64,000 bases of DNA from Octopus sinensis (taxonomy: Eukaryota): assembly GCF_006345805.1 (NCBI RefSeq), contig NC_043000.1, forward strand, positions 138,322,001 through 138,386,000, in the 5' to 3' direction. How positions within the stretch are numbered: position 1 is the first letter of the stretch; every line of letters begins with the position of its first letter. Position numbers and translations under genes: made by a program. Below are positions 1-13,045 of the stretch, piece by piece. The notes beneath the pieces are model-generated. The model did no database searches, had not been told where the DNA came from, and saw nothing but the letters and a program-made list of their open reading frames with translations.

Positions 1-207
1 TTTCGGAAGACCAGCAGTCGCCCATGCATACTCTCCACGCCACCAGTGTTATCCAAGGGAAAGGCAACTCATTTATACATCTGAGTGAACTGGAGCAACG
101 TAAAATAAAGTGTCTTGCTCAAGAACACAACACGCAGCCCGGTCCGGGATTCGAGCTCACAACCTCACGATCGTAAGCTCGACGCTCTAACCACTGAGCC
201 ATGCGCC
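1..207 (-). mobile_element. tRNA-derived SINE (family F), 5' part; truncated by window edge
   Basis: The minus strand reads ggcgcatggctcagtggttagagc (A box) ... gagctcgaatcc (B-box-like), then gtgttcttgagcaagacac, which resembles a CORE-type central domain. Confidence 0.75.
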
Positions 208-288
208 TTTACATACATAAGTACGCACATACAAATAAGCATAATACTTACATACATACAAATACACACACATACATACACACAATGT

Positions 289-432
289 GCAGGTGGTACG
301 AGAAAAGCACCCAGTCTACATTGTAGAGTGGTTGGCGATAGGAGGAGCATCCTTCTGTTGAAATAATGCCAAAACAAATGTTAGAGAACGATGCTGTCCT
401 TGGACCAAACCATACCAGCATGGAATACGGAC
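289..432 (+). mobile_element. Degenerate RTE LINE 3' UTR fragment
   Basis: ggtggtacgagaaaagcaccc...gtggttggcgatagg...ccataccagcatggaatacggac matches the 3' ends at 23430, 31847, 49011 and 56865, and runs straight into a (GAT)n tail. Confidence 0.55.
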
Positions 433-570
433 TGATGATGATGATGATGATGACGATGATGACGATGATGATGACGATGATGATGATGAGGAGGAGGAGG
501 ATGACGATGATGATGATGATGATGACGATGATGATGATGACGATGATGATGATGATGATGATGATGATGA

Positions 571-602
<32 letters not shown>

Positions 603-1115
603 AATGACGATGATGACGATGATGATTATGACGATGATGACGATGATGATGATGACGATGATGATGATGACGATGATGATGACGATGATGACGATGATGA
701 TGACGATGATGATGATGATGATGATGAGGAGGAGGAGGATGACGATGATGATGATGATGATGACGATGATGATGACGATGATGATGATGATGAGGAGGAG
801 GAGGATGACGATGATGATGATGATGATGATGATGATGACGATGATGATGATGACGATGATGATGATGATGATGACGATGATGAGATGATGATGATGATAA
901 TGACGATGATGACGATGATGATTATGACGATGATGACGATGATGATGATGATGACGATGATGAGATGATGATGATGATGACGATGATGACGATGATGATG
1001 ACGATGATGATGATGATGATGATGATGAAGAGGAGGAGGATGATGATGATGATTGATGATGATGATGATGATGATGTGATGATGATGATGATGATGATGA
1101 CGATGATGATGATGA
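432..1115. repeat. Compound (GAT/GAC/GAG)n trinucleotide array, about 680 bp
   Basis: Directly visible; it explains the poly-M/D/S/H ORFs at 366-1213. Confidence 0.98.
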
Positions 1116-1664
1116 TATATAAGGTTTTGGAAAGAGCGGACTACATCAAGATTGAAACTTAAGAATTGGATTCGGGGGAAAAACAAAAGCCTTAACAACA
1201 AAATGTAAACCACTGTACATAATAAAACGGAAATGTGATTAAGATTTATTTTAGCTGTTCTGATGAAGATAAAGTGGGCTTATGTATATAATAGATTTTA
1301 AAAGTCATAACACCGTCCTAATGGGAGTGAAGATCATGAATAGTGAATGAATTTATTCTGGAAAAACTGTATCATTGATGAAAAAAACCGTTAATAGTGA
1401 TGGTAGTATTGACATAGAACCAAGACGAGTCAGTCGAGTCATAGTTTTGTCAAACACCTCCCATTTAACTTCATTATCTGTAGCGTCAGAAATACTACGA
1501 AATCTTCATCACTCTCCACCACTACCATCACCACCACTTCTTCATCTCCTTCTTCTCCTTTGTAAACCTCATCCGCCTCGGCACTGTCAGTGGCAGCGAT
1601 ATCAGCGTTATTCTCATGATCAACATCGTTATTGCATATTGCTGTGATGACTATACTGTAAAGG

Positions 1665-2400
<736 letters not shown>

Positions 2401-3052
2401 TTTAGAGACACCTGAAGCTGACTGTAATTGACACTGCTAGTTCTTAGACAGTTGGAGATGATTGATGCTTTTGGAGAAGAGAGAATGGGAACGGTAGTAG
2501 ATGATCAATTGAAGCTAAACTAAAATAAATAAAAATAAAAATAACACCGCCAGAAATGCTTGCTTTCTTCAGCTTTCACATGCAACAAGTTTAGAAGAGG
2601 CTGCTATGGCAAAATGGAACCGCAGAGCCACTTCCATAGTGGCAATGCAATACCAATAACTCTTAATAGTTTCGAAGATTGACAAATGCCAGCACATAAG
2701 TGCCAGTGCGCGCACACATACATACACACATACATACACACTAACATTGACACGCGTTTTCTGCATGTTTCCGTCATAAATACATAAATATGTTTTAGCT
2801 ACGTAGAATGAATAAATTATTATTCGATGAGCAGTAACCCCAAAATAAATATCTAATAGACCAGAAACTCTCAACAGTACACATAAACTTAAAATAGTAC
2901 TAGAAGATCAACTAGTAGGTAAAAGAATGGGGCGGAGAAGAAAATTAGAAAGAAGACTTTAGCTTCGTAAATATTAACGCTATTTGGTAAATGTAGATAT
3001 TCTCAGAAGATTGATCTTCTGTACATGTTAGTGTCGTTTATTTAGTCAAGAA

Positions 3053-4002
3053 CAAAGGTTCTCAACCCATTTTGGCCAAAGGCCCCCTTTTGACCCATGG
3101 AGTCACAAATAATATTTTTTGTTTTCCCAAAGCCAAAAGATGTGTTTTTAGCAGAGGTGTAATTTTATAAATTAAAACAAATTCAAAATTTCAATTTCAG
3201 AACATCAGACTTACCGTGTTATCTTGTGTATGGTTGCAGTTCAAATGGGTATAAAACCTAAAACAACTGTGTGTGCGTGTGTATGGTTGGGTCTTTAATA
3301 GCCAGGGGTCAGTTTAAGTTAATCGCAGAACTTAATTCAAAATGGCAACACACGCAACCATATACATGCAAACGTACCTATACATGCACACACATAGACA
3401 AATACATACCTATTTTTTTATTACCCACAAGGGGCTAAACACAGAGGGGACAAACAAGGACAGACATAGGTATTAAGTCGATTACATCGACCCCAGTGCG
3501 TAACTGGTACTTAATTTATCGACCCCGAAAGGATGAAAGGCAAAGTCGACCTCGGCGGAATTCGAACTCACAACGTAACGCAGACGAAATACCGCTACTC
3601 CCAAAAGTCAGTTTGTTCGTTCCAAAATTTTGACCACCATTCAGCTTTTCACTCTTATTCATTACCCTTTTTTCTTTCAGGCGTCTGTCACTATTCATCT
3701 ATTTTTAGTTTTTGTTTTGGGAGTTTGACTTTAGCTACACCAGTTACATGGTACGAGGAATTTGCTTGGTGTATCTTAAGTTGAAAAAGTGTTTCATGGT
3801 TTTGAAAATTTGAAACAAAAAGACATATTTTTAAACTGACTGTCACAGAGATGTGACAATATGGCTACTACTCATTAATTTCAAATTAAACTTACCAAAG
3901 TTGAGGGTCTTCCAGCGCCCTCTAGCGCCCCCAAGTCATTTAACGCCCCTCCAGTGCCCCTTTGTTCCAAAAAGCTATCCCCCCCCCCGTTGAAAACCTT
4001 TG
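3053..4002. mobile_element. Non-autonomous hAT (Charlie-like) DNA transposon containing a nested SINE
   Basis: 14-bp TIRs caaaggttctcaac (3053-3066) and gttgaaaacctttg (3989-4002), 1 mismatch. 8-bp flanks gtcaagaa / atctagaa match 6/8 and fit the NTCTAGAN Charlie target preference. Confidence 0.7.
3409..3597 (-). mobile_element. Nin-domain tRNA SINE (family B), 5'-truncated
   Basis: The minus strand has gagttcgaattcc (B box), then gaggtcgactttgcctttcatcctttcggggtcgataaattaagtacc (Nin/Deu-like domain) and the family tail. Confidence 0.85.
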
Positions 4003-4213
4003 ATCTAGAACATGGTTTGAAAATTTTCTACAATCACAAGCCCTATTCAGCTGAAGAATTTTCTTGTAATCCACTTTCCGTTTAATAAAACTCAATAGTT
4101 ATTGAAAGAATCTAAATGTGTGTGATTATTTTAAGCAAGCATTACAAATAAACTTTAATGTTTGTGATTCATGATAAAAAAAATACCACAGAAGGCTTTC
4201 TTTAATGACTAAA

Positions 4214-4444
4214 GAAATTTCTTTACTACCCACAAGGGGCTAAACATAGAGGGGACAAACAAGGACTGACAAATGGATTAAGTCTATTACATCGATCCCA
4301 GTGCGTAACTGGTACTTAATTTATCGACCCCGAAAGGATGAAAGGCAAAGTCGACCTCGGCGGAATTTGAACTCAGAAAGTAGCGGCAGACGAAATATCG
4401 CTAAGCATTTCGCCCGGCGCGCTAACGTTTCTGCCAGCTCGCCA
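4214..4444 (-). mobile_element. Full-length Nin-domain SINE (family B) with 12-bp TSD
   Basis: Complete head ggcgagctggcagaaacgttagc through to the tail; ttaatgactaaa is duplicated at 4202-4213 and 4445-4456. Confidence 0.92.
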
Positions 4445-4494
4445 TTAATGACTAAAAATATATTGTACGCTTGAGCATAATGTATACTAAAAGC

Positions 4495-4898
4495 CAGTGA
4501 TTCCCACTGGTGGTATCTGGGAAAATTGTGGTGGGGCACGGGACCCAAAGTTTCTTTTTTTTCAGTGGAACATGGAATAATGAAAATGTTTCTATTGCAG
4601 CAAACATAGTACACCTATACTCAGCCTAGCCAAGCAAACCCCTCCGACCAAGCATGCTGCGTGAAGACAGTCTACTACAGGATAGCACTATTTTAATGCC
4701 CCAGTTTGGATATTTTTTTAAGAAATGTATATGATTATGGGAAGTCAATACTCAGTGCTTAATAAAAGACTTACTAATAGATTCTTTAATATTAAATGAA
4801 TATTAAATATAAAGTCGTTTTTTACCAACCATCGGTGGGGCATATATTTTCTGGAAAGTTATAGTGGGGCCTGGGTGAAAATAGGATGGGAAACACTA
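4495..4898. mobile_element. Degenerate hAT-type MITE
   Basis: Ends cagtgattccca / tgggaaacacta are imperfect inverted repeats; 8-bp flanks ctaaaagc (4487) and ctgtaagc (4899) match 6/8. Confidence 0.5.
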
Positions 4899-5240
4899 CT
4901 GTAAGCAGTTTCAGTATTTTTCTTTTAAAGATAAAAAATACAGATTCACATGAAAAGAAATTATAGAAGAGCTGCCAATACCAACTCAGATAATTTAAGA
5001 TATTGACTTAGGCACACCCAACAAAAAGGAAAAAAAAACCCCAAAAGATACTTAAATTTGCTTTTGAAAGTTCAAGCTTGAATCATGAATCATACAACAT
5101 CTCTTCAAACTCTCATTGAATAATTAAAATAACGACATTTCTCTTGTTACAAGAAATGGGATTTGAACTCAGTTCAATTTACAGCTGTTTATGTCTTGAA
5201 GAAAAAATATTTGCAGAAGTGTTTTACCATACATGACAAA

Positions 5241-5460
5241 TCTATTATATAAAATCCGTTCTGTCTGTCTGTGTGTGTGTCTTCTAGGATCTCGGGCATC
5301 CTCCATCCGATTGCGCTCAAATTTGATAAGTAGATACCGACAGTATCAGGGCGTATAAGTCTTGAAAAATTTACAAAAATCGATTCCAGGTGAGAATGCG
5401 ATCGATAAAGCCGTGGGAATGTGCATTTGTACGTGCAAGTACATCAGTCGAAATCCGTCT
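5241..5460 (+). mobile_element. Non-autonomous Helitron-like 5' end
   Basis: Starts A|TCTATTATATAAAA, followed by a ctgt/gt microsatellite and catccgattgcgctcaaatttg, the layout typical of non-autonomous Helitron 5' ends. The 3' end is uncertain. Confidence 0.5.
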
Positions 5461-6309
5461 TTTGCTGGTGTCACAAATTTAGGTTAAATCAGTGTTTCTC
5501 AAAGGGGAGGCCTATGGGACGGTCGGACAAGTTGTTTTGAGAAAATTTGGCTTAAATGTTTGAAACTCAGCACCGTCCATTGGAGTGGGGGCGCTTTTGC
5601 TCATACTTGATACGGTCTGTGTAATCGAATTGAAGTTCCTATTTTTCGCTATCAAAATAATCAGAGATAAAAAAGAAACATTTCAAATTTATAGTTTCCT
5701 ATTGCATATTTCCATTTATTCATTTATGCATTTATTTATTGTTTCCATGAAGACTAGTTTTACTTTTCAATTTAAAAATATTTGTATTCATCCCTTGCAT
5801 CAACATAATAACTTCATTAAGCTTAACAAATATGTGTGACAATTAGCATAATTCGCAAAGCCAATTGTCATCATTAATTAATTCTGCAAGATTTCACTTC
5901 GTTATAAAAATAACATTAAGTTTTTTTTTTAATCTACCATCTTTTCCTTCTACTGTATGTAATAAAAGTTTGTTGAACTGATATTCCGTAATAGATGTGC
6001 GGATTAACGGCTCAACTTCCAAGAAATTTGAGGATTTAATCTGCATATTTTCATGCTTTGTTGTAAAAAACTATTTTTAAACCACTAATTGTTTCAATTA
6101 AGCACGCACGAATTGATAAAATGTTATAGGAGCCCTACTTTCAGGCAATGTTACAGAAGCCTCGCTTTCAGGTTTAACTTTAACTTGAAATCCTACGTCT
6201 TCTCTGTCATTCCTGCTGCATTATCGATTTACAATGTTATTCTATTCTAGACTTGGTTAAGTAAAACAAAATGTCTAGTTTGAGGGAAACATCTCCATCT
6301 GTCCTATAC

Positions 6310-6709
6310 TCTCTTTTACTCTTTTACTTGTTTCAGTCATTTGACTGCGGCCATGCTGGAGCACCGCCTTTAGTCGAGCAAATCGACCCCGAGACTTATT
6401 CTTTGCGAGCCCAGTGCTTATTCTATCGGTCTCTTTTGCCGAACCGCTAAGTAACGGGGACGTAAACACACCAGCATCGGTTGTCAAGCAATACTAGGGG
6501 GACAAACACGGAAACACAAACACACACATACATATATATACATATATATCACAGGCTTCTTTCAGTTTCCGTCTACGAAATCCACTCACAAGGCATTGGT
6601 CGGCCCGGGGCTATAGTAGAAGACACTTGCTCAAGATGCCACGCAGTGGGACTGAACCCGGAACCATGTGGTTGGTTAGCAAGCTACTTACCACACAGCC
6701 ACTCCTATG
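6310..6709 (-). mobile_element. tRNA-derived SINE family A
   Basis: Head ggagtggctgtgtggtaag...gggttcagtccc, CORE-like gcaagtgtcttc, internal (TA)(TG) tract, and tail gactgaaacaag(taaaagag)n. More than 15 copies occur in the window. Confidence 0.92.
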
Positions 6710-7844
6710 TTCATATAATGATCAACATAATAGTAAATATATAGTTGAAACGGAATTGTAATTGCATTAAGTCATTGAACTGAATTGCAAAGTCAGTTAT
6801 CTTTAATGATTTCAATAAAGTGTATGACTTAGTTGTTACTAATTTCTGCAATTATTTTACGAAACATATCATTTGACAGTGAAACTGTTATTTTGTCGTC
6901 TTCTTGGGCCATTCCGTGAATAAATTCTGTCTTGCTACCGATCACTGGAAACGAAGCTTCTTTGTGAATCATTTATATATTCTTAGCTCTTGAATGAGGG
7001 TGGTATGATTGTCATATTTTTCTTGATTCGCTGTTTTTCTTAAATTTGTTTTCTATGTTCAAAAATTTCAATAATCGTTGCAATATAAAAGCAAAAATTT
7101 GCATGGATAAAGAGTTTTGATATGAAATATTCGTTACCAGATTAGAAGAGTTGCTGGTGCTCTTTTACCAAAGAGCAAAAGTAAATACATATTGTAAAAA
7201 GCACTTCTTTATTGAGTGTTAGTATTCAGTTACCCAATTTCCTTACTTCCCGATTGAATGATTCTGCATGACGTATTAGCTCAGCTTATTCTGCCACATT
7301 GTTTAACAAACCTGACCGTTATATTTATTTATGAGGATGTAGAATTTTCAACTCTTGATAATAAAAAGTTCTGTAATTTTTGGGAAAAAAAAATTACAAA
7401 ACAAAAACATACAATAACTGATAATATTTACTCAAGAAGAATTTATAAATATCAAAAGTAATAAATTCCAAATTGAAGAATTTGAAAGCTTCCTTGTTTT
7501 TTTTCGTTTATTGAATTAATTTAATGATCTAAAGTTACTCTGGAAAATTGGAAAAAACTACGTTATTATTTAAATTAACTTAGCAAGCATCTAGTATTGC
7601 AACATAGTTCACTGCTTATGTATAACACGTATACAGATCAAGATTTAAAATGAGACAGCAATTACACCATTTACAAAAAAAAACTTTCTTTCTCTTAGAT
7701 TGTAAATACATAACTCAAAGTAATATAAACGGTACCAAATGTCACAAACGTAATATTAAATACAGTACAAAGCATCATAAAATATAAAATTAAAGTTCAC
7801 GATACTAAACTAACAAGTATTGAAAACAATATATATATATATAT

Positions 7845-7888
<44 letters not shown>

Positions 7889-8001
7889 TATATATGAATA
7901 AATGAAAGAATGGAGTCGAACGAAGATGTTAACAAAATTGAGAGTAAAGGAATTTTGTTAACATCTTCGTTCGACTCCATTCTTTCATTTATTCATATAT
8001 A
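7889..8001. repeat. Perfect hairpin, 51-bp arms and 11-nt loop, next to (TA)n
   Basis: 7889-7939 is the exact reverse complement of 7951-8001; the loop is gagagtaaagg. Confidence 0.95.
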
Positions 8002-8286
8002 ACACACAAATTTCTGCAAATGAACCCGAAGTTTCTACCCTTGGACAGGTCGCTTCAACCGTGTTCCTGACGCGAATTTGCTACCCTGGTATCGGTTCAA
8101 CGAATTTTCCATGCTGACGATAAACATAGGATAATTCATTCACCTGTCTTTTGGTTTTTTCCGTTTCTACGTCTTATTGTGATGTCCTGTACTCCCGTAT
8201 AATTATTTATATATGCATGTATATATACATGTAGATGTAGGTACGTACATATATGTTTGTATGTATGCATATATTTTTATTTATCT

Positions 8287-8325
<39 letters not shown>

Positions 8326-8330
<5 letters not shown>

Positions 8331-8536
8331 TTAATCTAAACATAAACAAAGAGAAAACACAACAATGTGAGGACGTGGAACAAGTATAGTGTTATTGGAT
8401 GCTCAGGAAAGGAAAGAAAGAAGGAGGATTTAACGTTTCGAGCGGAGCTTTTCGTCAGAAACATAGAAAAAGGAAAGGTCCAAGGAAGGGAAGACGGAAA
8501 AAGAAAATCGCCAACGACACCCACGCGGTCACATAT
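8326..8536 (-). mobile_element. Short Penelope-like (pLTR-type) element, family P1, flanked by (TA)n
   Basis: The same sequence recurs at 20505-20665 and 35014-35135, each time beside (TA)n; it carries a hammerhead motif. The PLE assignment rests on that motif (established PLE trait), not on any coding sequence. Confidence 0.55.
8430..8462 (-). ncRNA. Minimal type I hammerhead ribozyme motif (P1)
   Basis: UUU CUGACGA a a-AGC UCC GCU-c GAAA C G UU AAA. The core is intact; the closing pair of stem II is mismatched here, whereas the 20590 copy retains gagc. Confidence 0.7.
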
Positions 8537-9650
8537 ATATAAACAACTGGTTTGCAAATAGTTTTAGCTGCACTATCCATAAAAGAGTTTACAATATATG
8601 ATAACCATTACGTAGATGCTTTTCTCACTACAATGCAAGAATTGAACGGAAGCTGACTACCTGTTACTCCATTTTTGTTCGGTCTTTTCATCCTCATATT
8701 TAATATTTTAAACAAATTTTCTTGCTTTTCTATGTATGTATGTATGTATGTATGTATGTGTATGTATGTATGTATGTATCAATAATACAGTGATTGTTTC
8801 TTATCAGGAACAAAATGTTTAATAGGACTGCTATAGAAGTGCTCAATTAAATGAGACAAATATATTAAACTGTGGTGGCAGAACAAACAAATACAAGATC
8901 ATCCACATAACATTTTCATATCTCGAACATTTAATCACATAATGCTTTTTCTTTCACATAGAATATACATGTATAACATCACGGAAGATGAAACATATGT
9001 ATGTATGTTTGTATGTATGTATGTATGAATGAATGATACAATGATTGGAAAATAAATATTGTATAAAGGTAGCATAAATGAAACAGTAGAACATAATATG
9101 CTATAAGTCGTTCAAATCATCCTCCTCCTCGACATTATCTTGTGAGACCACATTGTGGCTATTCGAAGAGAAACAAAGTTTTTGCCAATCTCTTCTCTCC
9201 TTGAGATTTTTCATTCAACAGCCATTGATAAACTATATAATATCTTCTTCTCTATTACTCCTAGCTATACTTTAGTCATAGTCTAACCACAACAAAATAA
9301 TTTCTTCTAGTTTCAATGTAGATACGTTATCTGATTTCCGCTTCACTCATAATCATTTACATGACTGTATTGCATCCACGAAAATTTATGTGTATATATT
9401 GTCTGCGGCATAAATTGTCTAGTCTAATTAAATGTTCGTAAATATCGAAGTTTGTTTATGTAAACGTTGTTTTCATTGACCTTTTAAATAAAAATTAGTT
9501 ATATTCCCCGTTGAATTATGTCCTGTTTCAAATTTGAATTCACAAAATGCTCTATATCATAATTATTTCGTTATTTTACCAATAAGACTAGATGTCTGTT
9601 TTTTTTATAAGCATGTAGGTAATAAAAAGAAAAAAAGGATATATATATAT

Positions 9651-9838
9651 ACTCTTTTACTTGTTTTAGTCATGCTGGAGTATCGCCTTAAGTCGAGCAG
9701 ATCAACTCCAGGACTTATTCTTTGTAAGCCTAGTACTTATTCTACCGGTCTCTTTTCCAAACCGTTATGTTACCGGGACGTAAACACACCAGCATCGGTT
9801 GTCAAGTGATGTTGGGGGGACAAAGACAGACACACAAA

Positions 9839-9888
<50 letters not shown>

Positions 9889-10059
9889 CATATATACGAT
9901 GGTCTTCTTTCAGTTTCCGTCTACCAAATCCATTCACAAGGCTTTGGTCAGCCCGAGGCAATAGTAGAAGACACTTGTGCAAGGTGCCACGCAGTAGGAC
10001 TGAACCCGGAACCATGTGGTTCGTAAGTAATCTACTTACCACTCAGCCACTCCTACGCC
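9651..10059 (-). mobile_element. SINE family A
   Basis: Full head-to-tail match to the family. Confidence 0.9.
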
Positions 10060-10201
10060 TCATTTTTGTTTTAATTCCTCCACAGTTACATTTAATTTCT
10101 TAAGCATTACTTATCATTTGTCTATCAAAGAAAATATTATCGGATTAGACTTGTAATATTTAGAATAGCAACGATCATCGGATGAATTAATTGCACATAA
10201 A

Positions 10202-10620
10202 GGCGCAGGAGTGGCTGTGTGGTAAGTAGCTTGCTAACCAACCACATGGTTCTGGGTTCAGTCCCACTGCGTGGCATCTTGGGCAAGTGTCTTCTGCTAT
10301 AGCCCCGGGCCGACCAATGCCTTGTGAGTGGATTTGGTAGACGGAAACTGAAAGAAGCCTGTCGTATATATGTATATATATGTATATGTATGTATGTATA
10401 TGTGTTTGTGTGTCTGTGTTTGTACCCCTAGCATTGCTTGACAACCGATGCTGGTGTGTTTACGTCCCCGTCACTTAGCGGTTCGGCAAAAGAGACCAAT
10501 AGAATAAGTACTGGGCTTACAAAGAATAAGTCCCAGGGTCGAGTTGCTCGACTAAAGGCGGTGCTCCAGCATGGCCGCAGTAAAAAATGACTGAAACAAG
10601 TAAAAGAGTAAAAGAGTAAA
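10202..10620 (+). mobile_element. SINE family A, head-to-head with the 9651 copy
   Basis: ggcgcaggagtggctgtgtggtaag ... gactgaaacaagtaaaagagtaaaagag. Confidence 0.92.
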
Positions 10621-11129
10621 GGTGCTAGTCGCAAGCTTTAAACTTTTAAACCTCGAAGACTAGAAGGGATTTCAACTTTACTGATTAACACCTGGGCAAG
10701 GTGAGTCATTTCACTAATGTTGGAAAACAATGCAATGTTAAGATACTCAGCTCGTTTTATAAGTGAGTGGTGACAACAACTGTGAATATATAAATATATC
10801 AAATTTATATCATTTTATGCAAAAAGAAAGAAATACCTTATTGAAACGATATTGGTAACTAAATATTGAAAGAGAAGCTGAAATAAATTTATATTGACAA
10901 TAAAAAAATAATTAAAAATAAATAAAGACAGTAGCTGAATAAAAAAAAAAAAAAGAATTCAAAGCAGTGAAATGATGTAAAAACAAAAACAAAAAAAAAT
11001 GGAATTGCACACACATAGTGTATTCATTCACACAAGTACATATATAAACATGCACACATATATAAACTTACAACTATACAGGTCACACATGTCTACCCAC
11101 AAAGACTTAAACCTTCATATATATGTGTG

Positions 11130-11149
11130 TACATGTGAGTATGTGCATG

Positions 11150-11181
<32 letters not shown>

Positions 11182-11275
11182 TGCACACATATATTGAGAC
11201 TGATAGATAAATAGATAGATATGCATACAAATATATACATATATACATACATACATACATATACATACATATATT

Positions 11276-11309
<34 letters not shown>

Positions 11310-11314
11310 ACATA

Positions 11315-11366
<52 letters not shown>

Positions 11367-11515
11367 CATATATATATGTATATATATATATATATTATAT
11401 ATACATATATATATGTATATATATTATATATATATATATACATATATATATGTATATATATATATACATATATATGTATATATATATATATTATAATATA
11501 TATATATATATATAC

Positions 11516-11550
<35 letters not shown>

Positions 11551-11560
11551 TCATATATAT

Positions 11561-11606
<46 letters not shown>

Positions 11607-11658
11607 TACATATATACATATACATGTACATATATTTATATATATATATATATACATA

Positions 11659-11732
<74 letters not shown>

Positions 11733-11790
11733 GACAGAGACAGAGACAGAGAGACAGAGAAAGAAAGAAAGAAAGAAAGAAGGCAATAGA
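11130..11790. repeat. Compound (CA)n-(TA)n-(GA)n-(GACA)n-(GAAA)n array
   Basis: Directly visible. Confidence 0.95.
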
Positions 11791-12765
11791 TATGCTCACA
11801 TGTGCAAACAGAAACAAATCCACTTGTGAACCGCAATGGAAAGTGTTTGAGTGTCACCATGAAGATGTAGATAAAAAAAAAACAGAAAAAAAACAAAAAA
11901 AAACAAAACAATATCTATTAAAGGAAGGCTTGCTTATGAGAGCATTCATTGATATTTTATTTGCTCCACTCCGTATTATGTTACAAACACTTCAAATTAA
12001 ATAGCAGTGGCTGAGATATGCGTTTCACTCAGTGCTTCAATAAAAAAGCACTTTACAATGGTATTCCCAGCAAAAAACCAATACCACATAACTTCTGGCA
12101 CCATGCAAGCCAAAACGTTTGGCAAACAAACAGGAGAACTGATGTTGTTGTGTAAATAACTTTAATGTATGAATATATATGGCAAGGTTTTAGTTAAATT
12201 GGCTTTGAGTAACTAGCTTTCACGATATATATTATATGTGTGTTTGTGTATACTTGCGTACGTACGTACATATGCATGCACAGAAACATATGTAATAAGG
12301 AAGAAAACGGTGAGTTTCTATGAGACGAATGTGCAGTAATAGATACGGCGGCACATCACTGGATGGGGGGGGGGAGTTCCTTCAGGCTGGAAGGTGACAT
12401 GAGAGCAAACGGTTCTGTCAACAGAACCGTAAAACCTGAGAGATGGGCATGGAAAGGATTAAAGGTGTTGAGCAATGGACAAAATCAGACAGCAACAAGG
12501 GTTTACAAAAAAAAAACCAAAAAAGAAAACACAAGTGCCATATGGCATCATTGAGGAGTTTGGCACCGGTGTTTTGGTGTAATTTTGCTTGTTCATTGAC
12601 AAACATCACATGGTTATATATATATGTGTGTGTGTGTGTATGCTTATAGGCATTTATTTGCACATTGTTTTGTTCTGTTCATTTCATAACCAGTGGTATC
12701 AGCATTAGTAACAACAATAACAGAGGTCGTAATAGTTGCTAAGGTGATAGAAGCTGGAGCGGCTT

Positions 12766-13045
12766 CTCATCATTCATCATTGTTCGACCGTGGTCGAGAC
12801 AATGGAATTTACCATGCTACGCCAGACTTCACGGTCCATCATGGCATTACGGAGGTCCTGTTGCTGGATTCCTGTATCCCTGGAGATTACATCAGGGTAG
12901 GACAGTGTGCGCCCTCTGGTATTGCGGGTAGATGGCTTCCAGAGGAGAAGAGTAGAAATTACCTCTTTTCCAGCTCTACAACAATGTCCAGCAAACTGGA
13001 CTCTCTTACCTTTCACAAGAGATGGCACAGGCTTCTAGTAAAGAA
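12766..13045 (-). mobile_element. RTE/RTE-X-like LINE 3' end
   Basis: ORF2 C-terminus RVQFAGHCCRAGKEVISTLLLWKPSTRNTRGRTLSYPDVISRDTG...MDREVWRSMV, with the stop codon fused to a (TGA) tail. A second copy lies at 50310-50501. Confidence 0.8.

Noticed and set aside
366-1213. 200-aa poly-Met/Asp and poly-His/Ser ORFs, and the similar YI/CV/II ORFs at 2069, 11093, 18954, 21526, 24326 and 37512
   Set aside because: They are translations of stop-free microsatellites with no domain content or splice context.
5490-5503. hAT-like TIR cagtgtttctcaaa
   Set aside because: No partner TIR or TSD was found.
12409-12430. 9-bp perfect stem-loop as a histone stem-loop or terminator
   Set aside because: The sequence does not match the histone stem-loop consensus, there is no upstream gene, and a hairpin this short can arise by chance.
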